The translations under genes and the position numbers were made by a program. Below are positions 52,301-64,000 of a DNA stretch of 64,000 nt, in pieces. The notes below the pieces were generated by a model that saw nothing but the letters and a program-made list of their open reading frames with translations, was not told the DNA's origin and searched no databases. Source of the stretch: Catajapyx aquilonaris. Lineage: Eukaryota. Every line of letters begins with the position of its first letter. The first letter of the stretch is position 1. The stretch is from contig KZ539046.1 in assembly GCA_000934665.2 (NCBI GenBank), positions 1 through 64,000 on the forward strand, in the 5' to 3' direction.

Positions 52301-55300
52301 AAATGGAAGAACATCTGCCGCTTGTGACAGTGGACCACATGGAAGGTTCCTATTTTGGGGGTAGTATGAGCATAAACCACTATTATCACGACAGAAAACA
52401 TAAGGATATGAGACAAATATACCTGTGCGCTATTTGAGCGAAGTATGAAATTTAAATACTATATTAAAGTGTTTTCTTGAACAAGGTGTGCGCGTGATCA
52501 GGCCTAACTGATATACTGTTCATTGACTCCTCTCTGTGGCACAGATCACTCAACTTGTGCTCTTCTTCGTAGGATTGTACCATCCAAGAGACAGAGTGAG
52601 ATGCTTCATAATCGGCCATTAAATTTAAGGGCGCTCCACACATTGCCCCTGACGATTACGCACCCTCGAGAACAAGGCAAGTTTCGGTTGCATAACCACC
52701 CGAGACCATCCCCTCCTGGGGGAAGCTCCATATCAAAGACGTCAAATCCTAATAGTATGCAAGGAGGGAGGGTAATGATAGGCGTTTGTGGGTGGGGTAA
52801 TACCCCCACCCCTCCTTTCCCTCCCCCACTTGTAGACTTGTTTTTGCCTGTAAGCCGCTGTCAAGCTGCACTTGCCCCCATTAAGCGAGCTGTCAGGTCT
52901 CCCCCGCCGTAAGTCTTTGGCTTCGGGTCCAACGGCGCGGAAACCTGCAAGGGGAACTCTTTGACAGCTTTTGGGATGCAAATGGCGGACGAGCCACGTC
53001 AGCGGTGACGATTTTGACGTCCCCTTGACGCCCACAGATGGAGACAAAAGAGAGTTGGAGGGAGGGAAGGGAGGCTGGGCTCAAAATAAACATGAGCCCT
53101 TTTTTCTCTCTGTCGCTAACTCTCCGATTAGCACACGTCATTTTTGTGCCCAGTATTTTCCTCCAAAATCTGGATGGCGAGATAACCTCCACACCCTCCA
53201 TCGTGTATTGTTCACCTTAAACGCATCAGGAAATGCATTAGGGGGTCCACTGCCCTTCCTCGTCCCTTTGACCTTTTTTGGGGGGACATTTGGGTAGGGT
53301 GCAGGGGTATCGTAGAAAGATTTAGGCATCAATTATTCCCCTATCGGCAGTTATTATCAAAGAGAACGTATGTTCCTAGTTGACTACTCAAATCAAACTC
53401 CTGGCTATACCTATACAAATGCCTTTTATTTGATTGAAGTTTCGAGCAGTTGGAATAAAAACGTAAATTGAGTGGAAAATCTAATGATTCATAGTGGTTC
53501 ACAATATTGGGACTGTTTATGCGGCATTGATTCAACTGGACCAATGAGATTGTGGAATCAAATCCAAAAATATCAGCTAAGACAACAACGTGGCTATAAA
53601 CATAGCGGACAAAATTTTTAACCTGGAAAATTTAATAATATCAAGTTTCAGAATGGCCTTGTTGGTTGACATATAATTATAGCGCTGGCTCAGGTCACAT
53701 GTATATGGTAAGTCACTTTTCCCCAATTATTCAGGAGAGCCATTTCAAGTTTATTTTTTGGTTGCAAAAAAAAAGGTAGGGCCTACTAGTCGGAAACGGA
53801 TGAAATTTCGCTACATAAATGGACTCGGGGACTTCTTTGCTCCTGTCATAATGAAACATCATGCAACTCATTCAGAAAGTCATTTCCTTGGACTTACCAT
53901 ACTTGTGCTTGAAGAAGTTATGCGAACAACTAATATAAGTCCACAATTGCTTCAAACATGTTACTACACATCACACTGTCAGGCAGGTATTGCTGAAGGG
54001 AGTGCACTCCTTGTTCTGGAATGTTATCACGTTGAGTGTAACTGTATTAAAGGTAACTGGAATTTATTACTCCGGAATAAAAAATAATTTATACTGAATA
54101 ATACTGTTGTTGTCACAAAACCAAATTATTGTCTCATGCAGCACATCACAAAAAGAGAACGCCATTAGCTGATTGGCTCAAGTTGACACCGATTACTGTT
54201 TTGTTTTGCTCCATTCCGCATCCCAAGTGCTGTGCCGGCAAAACCTGATTCATTTCCGAACATCCCGTAACGCTGTACTGTTCCCTTAATTAAGCCAATA
54301 ACACAGAGCAAATCTCTCTAGCCGCCTCACATTGCGACAGCCCTCCATTCCTGCAATAAGACAAAATGTCTCTCGTCTCAGCCAGCAATTACATTCGAAC
54401 CCGGCGACATCGTCATCTGCCTGGTTTAAAAAAAGGTCCCACCGGAGGAATCCTTTTTATTTTCTCATCTAACAAGGCCCTGGTATGAATATGCAAGGCT
54501 GAAAATAAGCCCTGGGCAAAAAGCCCTTTCAGCGGGGGTAAGCATGTGACCCGGCTACAAACGACACCACTTCACTTAACATATCAATTAGGGTCTCGGT
54601 GATAAAAGAAGCTCTGGATTTAAGCTAATGAAGCAATTACAAGAGCATTCATCAAGGACGGAAAAAGAAAGCCGGGTGAGAAAACAGGGGTGTTTTTTCC
54701 CCCCCTAACCAGTCAGGTGGGTGCTTGGCTTTATATTTATCAATAACAGGGCCATCAGGTGGGGGGTCAGGTTATCGGCTATCACTTAATTGGCCCCAGA
54801 GGGAGGGCGGACATGGTCAGATGGAGCGATATTACTCTCACCCCTTGTATGATATTCGCGTGTCCTGGAGGGTATCGGTGGATTGTTCGGAATTGAGGTG
54901 ACCCACCCAAGATTCAACAATACGTGTCTTGGATATTGGGGAGTCCAGCGGGGGCAGATTGACTGATCGAATCGAACCAATATCATTCCCCCCTCTTTCC
55001 AGCTTTGAATATCTAAAGTGCTTCCACCTCGCCTCCCGCTGATTTTCTCTTTTATTTGATAATTTGTACTTAAGTCCAGAGGGGAGCACCCTTTTCTCCA
55101 TCGTGTTTCCACCTACACTATTTTTTTTTTAAAAAAAAAAGCAGGTTCATATTATGTGACGAAATAATCGCCTGCGTAATGTTTCATGATAAAGTATTTC
55201 CACGTTGCCTTCACAGAGCGAATAAGGTGTGAGAGGCAGTTATGCTGATGTGTATGACCAAGTGAGATGAATTAAAACGACAAAAATCAGCTTCATCATG

Positions 55301-57059
55301 TTACTATTGTTCCGGACTTAGTTTTTCTTCATCTCTATCTATAGCCCACCAAACTTTGGACAATGGTACATTAAGAAGTTGGTCACCTTGGCCAAAATAC
55401 CATGTACGAAGCAGGGGAGGATATGAGGAGGGAATTGTCCACTGGTTATACCAGCACTCCATATCAAATGTGAATAAACATTTTAAATTGCTCATATATC
55501 AACATTATCTGGGCACGTAACACCTCCCATGTATTTCCTCCCCATGCATGTAAATTCCTTTTTGGAAATGAGCCCAGCCCAGCCACCTCACTCCAGATCC
55601 ATCTCGAGAGTACGTATTACATCCAGCCTCATTCCCGAAGACAGGGAAATGGAGAAGAAAAATGGCGCGTGTCCGGAGCAGTGCCAAGCAAAAAGGTGCT
55701 AATCAGAAGTATAGTGTGTAATGAAAAGGCGTTTCTGGAGCTTGGCATGTGCACCTTGGGAGAGTTTATTGGGCGTGAAATGACAGGCACGGAGGTGGTG
55801 GCGGCGGCGCGGACCTTGTTTACAGCCCCCTCAGATGGGGTGAGGATGGGGTGAGAAGAAGGTCTGGGAACCCTCCCCGCCTCTCTCGACACTCCTTCGC
55901 CTTCTCCTTTGCCGACTAATTTATGAGGAGCATTCATCAGGGCTTCTTGCATCGCATTCGCCTGCCGACTATGCAGCCAGCCGTGACGGTACAGACTCCT
56001 TTACATGCCTCCGGAGGAGGGAACCAGAAGCCCGTGTCGCTCGTGACTGCTTCCGGAGGGGTTGACCTTTTCCCATACTTTGTCCTCTTTGCTAGGGTAG
56101 GAACACCGCCTGGCTTTCACTATATTTTGGAGCCACGTTTCGGTTAACTAATCGACTTTGCGAGGGAAGGGGTATGATACATGGATTGAACTTGAGAGTT
56201 GGTTCCTTATTTACTGACGGTGCTGCATTGCATTGCCGTGAAACTTAGGCATGTTCATGTCAATCGCATTGTGCGGCAGGCAGTTTCCTAGTTTTTAGTT
56301 TAAAAGATCTTGTTATTGGCAGGATATTCATTACTCTGCACACTATCAGAAATAGCTACGTGCCTTCTGTGCACAATAATAATTGCTTATCCTGCTGGAG
56401 TTTTTTGAATCAGTGTTGAAATATCAGTATCCACTAACTTATGGATTACAAATAATACCAATACTGACAAAATAATATTGTCTCTTATTTATTAGATATG
56501 CCAATACACCAGATGGTATCATACAATGTAACGTACACGAATCCATGCAATACAAAAATTGTCATTGATACGTAAATGAATCGAACTTATATTTGATATA
56601 GCCTACCGATGTTGCACTAATTATAAATAGCTATGCACTCTACGAAAAATGCGTTTGAATTCAGCAGTATTATTAGCCTTATTACGCTCCGATTACGCTG
56701 TTGATTAATGCTTTGTAGGAACATGTACAGTGCCACATTTTATTGCCTTAATTCACGTGCTGAAATCGATCGTTTATTATGTGACACTCGCATAGATAAT
56801 AATTTTAAAAAGGCACCCAGAGTATCATTCCAGCTTCAATAATTTAGAAGTCAACTGTGCTGATATCCCACATACCCACAATTATGCATCCAACACTGCA
56901 GGTTACAACACGAAACAAGTCACACCCCACATGCATAGCGTTTGTAGTTTTTCTGTAAACGTGGGTGCGGTGGGTGGTCGCTTTTAGCGATCGACCATCC
57001 GAATCGAGCCATCGATTTATCAACTAGTTTGCTTTTCATAAATACGAGCTGTTTCGGGG

Positions 57060-57349
57060 CATAAATAAAGCGGGTTGCGTCCACCCAATTACGTCAGGCC
57101 TCAATGAATGCCATTGTTCGTTATGGGCTGGGGTGTCAAGGGGGTATGGTGGGAGGGTGTTTGCATACACAACGCCCCATGTTATTAGTTGTTTGGCTTC
57201 GTTGTCCATCCTTGTCACCGGACCTGTGGACCGTTATTCTTTGGAGAATGCGAACATTTCAAGGTGGTGCTCGACACGTGGTGGTACACGGGATACATGT
57301 TGTATCACCTATGGCGTTATGTTGTCATGCATTGTGGTACACACCCTGT
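57060..57349 (+). mobile_element. Possible highly decayed Tc1/mariner 3' end
   Basis: Ends ...ACACACCCTGT; weak resemblance of PITSGLNECHCSLW to the SPDLNPxD..LW motif. Confidence 0.3.
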
Positions 57350-60300
57350 TTTTTATGATGGCAGATTTTTTTGTGAAGAGCAGCAAGATGCGGCTGATAG
57401 CGGTGTGAGGTGTTTGATCACTAAGCGTATCATTCAACAGTCAAGTCGGATCTCCTTGATTATCTGGCGTGAAATGTTTGGTTTCCGTCATTTCGTGTGT
57501 GGAACAGGCGCGATTATGTCTGCCTAGTTTCTCACGAGTGGTGGGTGTCACAGTTCAGGTGGTTCATAATAGCAATCTATGCTACAGACTTGCGGATTTA
57601 TTGCAACTGCCCGGTAGGTGCAGTAGCTATTTTCAACTGTATCAATTAGTTTATCAGGTTTCTCTCTTATCCGCTCATTAAAGTCGCGACTCATTTTTAA
57701 ACATGTTAACAGCGGTATACCGGTATCTTAGCCATGTGTCGAACCCGACTGCAAAATCCCGCCACATACGGTTTGGATGGTTCATCCAGCGATGTCCCAT
57801 CGACATTACTCGAATCAGCGCACCGGTTCATGGGACGTCAATTAAAATCGCGTTTGGCATGATCCACGTGATGGAAAATGCGTTTGACTGGCATGGTTTG
57901 GCACAACAGCCCAGCGACCTTCTAGAACTAACGAGAAGGTCGCCCTAGGGTTCCCCCCCTAATCGGTATGACTACAAAAAAAATAATTCAAGAAGCCAAA
58001 TCCTACTCTTTTTCCCATGGAAGTTCCCGGGGGCCCGTCCAAAGGAAGCCGGAAAGCCGCCTAACCGCACCGATCGGTAATGAGGCATGTGGTCACAGGG
58101 GGCAACCGAGGAGAACCGCACCTGTCGCCACCTTCAGCAATCAACCCGTGGCCTTAACACCCCTGCTGACATTTTTTTTACACGGCCACACTGCGAGGAT
58201 ATGTCGCTTTTGTGGCAAATATTTTATATGCTCCTAGATCTGGGCACCTATAGCTGTATCCGAAGTTTGTTTGTCAAATGATTATTAATATCACTGGTAT
58301 GCATCAGCGGTAGATGGCATTGGCCTTCTGCCTATTTAAAACCATAATTTGTCACGACATTTGCGGCGCGAGTACCTCTCAATTTGCACCAAACGTGGTG
58401 CCCAATTACGCGGGTATTCACTGAAGCGTTGAAAAACGTCCCCAAAATGACGGAATGGCTTGCAGCTGCCGGTGGCGCACCTGCAAAATTCAGACACGCT
58501 CCATCACGCCCTCTGCTCACCATGAATCTTACTGACCTGATGATACGTGGCATTTTGTAAGGTTGCGGATTTTGTGTTGTTGCTCGACTCATCCAGCCTT
58601 CCCGTATCATGCCTACTCATGCCATGTCACCCCATCCTCTCGACCCCCTATCCCATGGCCCTTCAGTTCCAGATGGCAGTGACACGGCACCCCCCACGGC
58701 CCTGCTACCATGTCTCCTCCCACCCCCTCCTCCGATTTTCTGCCCCCTGAACTGCCACGACCATGCTGACCACTACTGTTGGGGAGAAAAGCAAGATCAT
58801 ACGGGGTGCGACAAACCCAAACTGCTAGTTAATTCATCAATCTGCGTCATGCTAGCTGGCAATTAAGGAGTTTTGTAGTAGCAGTTTTACGGACCTATGC
58901 CCCGTTGACTTCGAGCAAGTATGGAGTTTCCTCGCAAATTATGCTGAAATCAGCGAGGATACTGTTCGCATATATAAAGGGCGTCAAAGCGAGAAATATG
59001 CGGTAAAAAGTTTGCTGCACTGTATATAATTATTGGAAAGGTGCGTGAAATAGGCTGCATAAAAAGCATTCAGTTGATTAGTTCATATTCGTTGCTGTAT
59101 AGCTGTCCAATCTAAAGGGTGCAGTGAAAGTTTGGCCGTTATACCAATAATTGCAACCTTCTTTGTGATTGGTTACAATGGTAAGTTGCCATGTTAAAGT
59201 GGTCCAAACTTCAGTTGTAATCTTTGAGAATTCTATTCAGCAGTATATAATTATTTTGTCATGTAATCGCGGCATATTTTGTGCTCAGTTTATGTAATTT
59301 TTCCCGTAGACATATTTCCTCCTGGTTGCTTCTGGGATGTAAACGTCACACAGAAGCGGGCGTTGCTGTAAGACAAGGGCTCCCTAGTCCCCGTAATGTC
59401 TTTTGTCCTTGGGCGTGTTCCCACGGCATTAAAGCCTCTCAGTTACACTTGCCCCCAGCATCCTTGCTCCTTGTGTAATAAGACAAGCGTCCAACCCCTT
59501 TGCTCCATATCTCCACCTTCACCTGCAGTCTCAACAGGACTCTGGCCAAGTTGGAAGGCGCCGGGAGATTTTGGGGCGTACAAGGTTTTGCTCCGTATAC
59601 CCACAGGCTACTTCGGAATTTCTCTTGGTCATTCAAAATTTTTGGACCTGTTAGTTTTGCAAAATGACGAATAGCTAGTAGATTTGTTTTAAACTTCAGA
59701 CTCACAGATATATTCTATAGTTATGATCAGGGAAGACGAAATATTTGAGATTGATCGGATTGTATATGTTTTGGTTCAAATAGTTTTATGATTTGCATAG
59801 ATTTTATTGTGATGACTGTAATGAAGAGAAATTCCGGTTTGTAGTGCAACAATTTGCTACTCAGATTCCGAATTCCTAGTGTCATTTGTTAGAATTGGGA
59901 GACTTGACTTCCCTCACCAAAACATGTCAATTCTTTCCAGTCATGGAAAATTTAGGGAGAGGACTCCAATTACCATTAATGCTGCCAAAACCGTACCTGT
60001 GTCAGTCGGAAATTAATAATTTTTGGAATGCACTGAGAGATGACACAAACAACTCAGCATAGGGCGAAAAACGGCAGGTGACAGGCTAATTGCAGTATAT
60101 CGCTGAAATGAAGAGCGTCAAGTCCATACAGCGTAATTACCGACATGACATTTCAGCAGTCATATGGGTTGGAATTTATTTCGCGACTGAAATGACAATT
60201 TGCTGTGCATGTAACGTCCATAAAGTTCATCAATTTAGCTTGTTTAATTGGTTCTGGTTCTACTTTTAAGTGTGTGATCTCTTTTTGACTTCAATAATTT

Positions 60301-61200
60301 CACACATAATCATTCAGTCAAACGTCTAGGGGGAATTTCTGGGCATCAGGCACCGTCTGCACATTACGTTACAAGGTGGTGATAAAGGTGCTCCCATATA
60401 CTCTCTTCAGGCAAAGAATGATCCGAGAATACCTCCATCCATTGGAGGGACGCCATTACATCATGCACCGCCTACCCTGGCAAGATTGCAGCGACGCCTG
60501 GTCTATACCTACCGCAGCTCTAAACAGTTAGATTGCCTCTGGGCGCGATTCCTGACATGTGCTGCCAAGTGTGAGATGCAGTTAGCAATGATGAGAAGTG
60601 ATGGATCGTACCCAGTTCGAATCCCTCAGCTGCGGAATAGGAAGATGCAAGTTACTCTGGTCGGAATTAGGGCGGAAGGGACCCCAAGACATTCCTCACC
60701 CTTCCCAAGAGCTCTCGGGCGCCGACAGCCGCCTGATTATTTCGTCACGTGACCTCCGATCTTAATTGGAGTTGGCTTGACAGCTCTGTTTATCCTAATC
60801 AGGGAGGCAGCCGATGAGGAATTCTTCCTCATTTGCGACGCCTCGTATCTTATCTGCTTGTAATAACTTCGAAGCTAAAGACCCCGGTGGAGGTGGCCTA
60901 TCTGTTCTCCTCGAGAGAGATATATCGACCTGAGAGTCCTTCAAGGTAATGGGATGTTTCAGTTTGGGTGAGATGCCTTGAGGAATGGCTTCCTTTCGCT
61001 AAAAACCTTGTCAGTTAGAAGTGCGAAACATACCGGGAATTATGGGCTCGGGAAATTAAAAACCTGTCCGATTTGTTGACACGACATACCGTATATTCTA
61101 CTTCCTCCTTCTCAACTGCAGATGGAGAAGGGTAAAAAAGAAAGACCACCTTTGTCAATAATATAGTCTACCAGAAATAATGTATAATCCCAATCTGGCA

Positions 61201-61494
61201 TCAGCCAATCACCTGTATGAAAGCCTTGATGTAGTCGCCCTCTTGTATACCCAAGTAGGCTGGGGTATCACTTCCAGTACCAGCGCGACCATTCAACCGG
61301 AAATGGACCTGACACCACAACAGCTTCTGGAAATTGAGCACATCATCACATAAATCATTGCTTGCAGAGTTCTGCATTGGATTCATGTCATCAACAAACA
61401 TGATGCGGTGATGATACTGACCAGACGGTTACAAAAAAGCTGCCTTCAGCTTCTTAAACCGTGATGCGGTCTTCTTCATCATCACTTCTATCGG
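61201..61494 (-). pseudogene. Third SUMO-like unit (two exons, about 61494-61422 and 61326-61201), frameshifted as assembled
   Basis: PIEVMMKKTASRFKKLKAAF[+1 T in a T6 run]CNRL|GTCAGT ... TTTCCAG|KLLWCQVHFRLNGRAGTGSDTPAYLGIQEGDYIKAFIQVIG*; intron at the same position as in units A and B. The 5' boundary is uncertain. Confidence 0.7.
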
Positions 61495-61647
61495 CTGAAG
61501 TAAAGTATGCGGCCCATTAGCCGAATCAATTAGGAAACAGTACCTGAGGCTTGCAGACCCTTTGCATCGGTGTTTGGTGTGGGTTTAAAGTGGGGGAAGT
61601 GACCAGGGACCCCGGACTGAGCTCGACCAGAATGCAGCCGATCTAGT

Positions 61648-61711
<64 letters not shown>

Positions 61712-61726
61712 TTATCTATTTATCTA
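61648..61726. repeat. (TATC)n microsatellite
   Basis: Direct tandem TATC run abutting the Tc1/mariner TIR. Confidence 0.95.
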
Positions 61727-61733
61727 CATTCTG

Positions 61734-62543
61734 CAGGGTGTTCCAGAGTTGATGACTCACTCTTTGAAACGCAATAATTACTTTCGAACGGAACAACATA
61801 TATTTATTTAAAGTACGCGCCAAACCAGCAAGGGAGGGTGCGAAAATCTTCCATGTATAAGTGGCCGCAGCAATGCTCAGGTTTTGCAACAAAAATGACC
61901 GAAGCAAGACTGTCGTTAGAGAAACGTGTCCAGTGTGTTCGACTATATTCAGTGACAAAAAATGTTACAGAAATGTGCCGTCAAATGGTAAACCTTTTCG
62001 GTGGACCAGCTCCTACCCGAAAAAACTGTTGCGAGAATAAACCAACGCAACGCGGGTTCAATGAAACTGGATGTGTCTTGGATCAAAAGAAACCCGGCAA
62101 AGGGAGAACAGTTCTGAACGCAGAAAACAAACAGCGCATCCGAGATGTACTGGAAAGTTCTCCAGCAAAAGCAAAATAAGTCCGACGCCTCTCTCTTGTG
62201 AGGTTATCTGAAGGAAAAGGTTTACCACCATCGAATCGACTCCCTGGAGCATCTGCGTGACATAATCACACAGGAGTTCAACGCGATCCCTGTTGGGAAG
62301 GCGTGCGACAACGTCGCCTTGCGATTGCAGGCCTGCATCGATGTGGAAGGGGGGTGGTTGACCATATAACCATGGAGAACAGGTATTAAGTTAGTATTTC
62401 TATGTAAGAGTGTGTTTGACTATGCCATTTGTTTTCCTTATCGCCTTTGTACTGTGAGAGGGTACGTACTTTAAATAAATATGTTGTTCCGTTCGAAAGT
62501 AATTGCGTTTCAAAGAGTGAGTCATCAACTCTGGAACACCCTG
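61734..62543 (+). mobile_element. Internally deleted Tc1/mariner-superfamily transposon
   Basis: About 80-bp TIRs CAGGGTGTTCCAGAGTTGATGACTCAC.../...GTGAGTCATCAACTCTGGAACACCCTG followed by TA; N-terminal HTH fragment (MTEARLSLEKRVQCVRLYS...FNETGCVLD) joined to a C-terminal fragment (..ACDNVALRLQACIDVEGG); the catalytic core is missing. Confidence 0.88.
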
Positions 62544-63201
62544 TAGTTTAAGATCTAGGTTATGAACAAACACTCCAACGACGCCAACTTACGGAAATTG
62601 AAAATTCTGGAGGTTGGCAACAAAATAAACAAACCTGTTTGTTACACTGAACTGTGCTTTATTATTATTTTCGGGTCTTCGGGGATTCTATTCGGCCTTC
62701 TATTATTCTGTCATCCGCCAAATCAATGTTAAACTCGATGAACTCTGACTTCAAGTCAGGCTATGGATTAAGTGGGGGGAAAGACACAATCAGTATAGTC
62801 GTCAAAGTGTGTGAAATTGCACTGCTGTTTTAAAGTATTAACAATAATGAACATAGAGAGAACTTGAAATCTTTGGTAGCGAGTGCTCGAAAACAAGGGA
62901 GTGGCGTGGTATATCCTTTCCAACAGACCAGCATGTCCTCTTTCGCTCAACTCTCGTTGCCCAGCTCAGCTTCCATGGAATCCAGGATTACAGCTCAATC
63001 TATGAGCCTCATAGATTAGGACCTACATACACAATAACTGCAAAACCCATGATCAATAATAAATGCATAAGTTACTAGAGGGTGATCTTCATTATTCATA
63101 ATTATATAGTTGGTTGCAGTTTTTTAAGCACAACAAGGTGATCCAGCCAAACGTGTTCAGGGTTTACTATTAATCACAGACTCCAGCCGAATTGTACTAA
63201 C

Positions 63202-63333
63202 CTAGGCAGCTGGAGCTTTTAGTATGTTGACATGAATGGGATCTTCGTCCTCCATGCCTAAGGAAGCGGGAGTGTGGCCGTCATGGATCTGCTGGCCATT
63301 GAACATGAAGACAACAGTAGACCTCAACAGCCC
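63202..63333 (-). CDS. Tandem SUMO-like gene: exon encoding the C-half of unit B, ending in a stop
   Basis: [54 protein letters not shown], immediately followed by donor-like GTTAGT; 132 nt; not present in the supplied ORF track. Confidence 0.82.
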   Translation of the reverse strand, partial: GLLRSTVVFMFNGQQIHDGHTPASLGMEDEDPIHVNILKAPAA

Positions 63334-63458
63334 CTGAAAATAGATCACACTTCATGAGTTCACAGCATTATTCCAATGGACTCGAACGGTCTGGAAACCA
63401 TTGCTCTCAGCCAAATCTGAACATGATCATATCGGAGAAAATAAGTGGAAGTACCGAC

Positions 63459-63584
63459 CCGCAGCTCGCAATACTGATCCATCACGTAGGCAAAGTTTGT
63501 GGTCGTCTTCAATTTAATTTTTACGAGATGCCCATCCTGACCAAAGGCATTCACGATGATTATCTTAGGCTCCAGCTTGTGATT
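63459..63584 (-). CDS. Tandem SUMO-like gene: exon encoding the linker and N-half of unit B
   Basis: CAATCATAG|NHKLEPKIIIVNAFGQDGHLVKIKLKTTTNFAYVMDQYCELR|GTCGGT; 126 nt, phase 0/0; aligns with SUMO '[34 protein letters not shown]'. Confidence 0.82.
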
Positions 63585-63756
63585 CTATGATTGGAATAGA
63601 GAAAGAAATCCCAGAGTAAATTATGTGCTCTAAATTATTTGTAGTCATAACCAATAAGAGGGGTAGGCTATAGCAGCAAGAAGTACTCTGGCCACGAGTA
63701 AATATTATTGTAATTGATAGGTTCGTTCCGTAGTTGTATGACTTGCTGTATCTCAC

Positions 63757-63867
63757 CTGTATAACATGGATAGTGTCTCCCTCTTGCATACCCAAGGAGG
63801 CAGGGGTGGCACTTTCAGCGACTTGGTGACCATTGAACAGGAAATTAACATCTGACCTCACCAGCTT
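63757..63867 (-). CDS. Tandem SUMO-like gene: exon encoding the C-half of SUMO-like unit A (gene starts beyond the window)
   Basis: TTTCTAG|KLVRSDVNFLFNGHQVAESATPASLGMQEGDTIHVIQ|GTGAGA; 111 nt, phase 0/0; matches SUMO '[29 protein letters not shown]' but has no GG. Confidence 0.82.
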
Positions 63868-64000
63868 CTAGAAATATGGCAACGTCATGGGATCATACCA
63901 AATAATCATTGCATGATTGTTGCACAAGCTGAATGACACCACAGTCTAATTTTTTCCAGCCAATTAATTTATTCCACCACATAAAGAATTTCTAGGTAAG

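Overview
Eukaryotic (animal, most likely insect/arthropod) genomic DNA, not prokaryotic. The centre is a two-exon unplugged/Gbx homeobox gene on the minus strand. Exon 1 is 45753-45348 and carries an eh1 FSIDALL motif. Exon 2 is 35193-34649 and carries the homeodomain plus the Gbx [13 protein letters not shown] motif. The intron is about 10.2 kb and the protein is 316 aa. The gene sits in a gene-poor landscape of TAAT-rich, GC-rich putative enhancers interspersed with many fold-back MITEs (Tc1/mariner, pogo, hAT and PIF/Harbinger types), tRNA-derived SINEs (including a V-SINE-like copy) and LINE relics. Three features stand out. (1) At the right edge, a spliced minus-strand locus is built from tandem SUMO-like domains: at least two are fused in frame without a di-Gly, and a third, disrupted unit lies behind a Tc1/mariner insertion. 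(2) An intron-containing, decayed Mutator (MULE) transposase ends in a C3HC4 RING finger that the ORF track misses, and its intron holds a transposase 5' end folded back into a palindrome. (3) A 4-codon upstream ORF in perfect Kozak context lies in frame with the unplugged start codon. All calls are from reading the sequence by eye; no searches were run.
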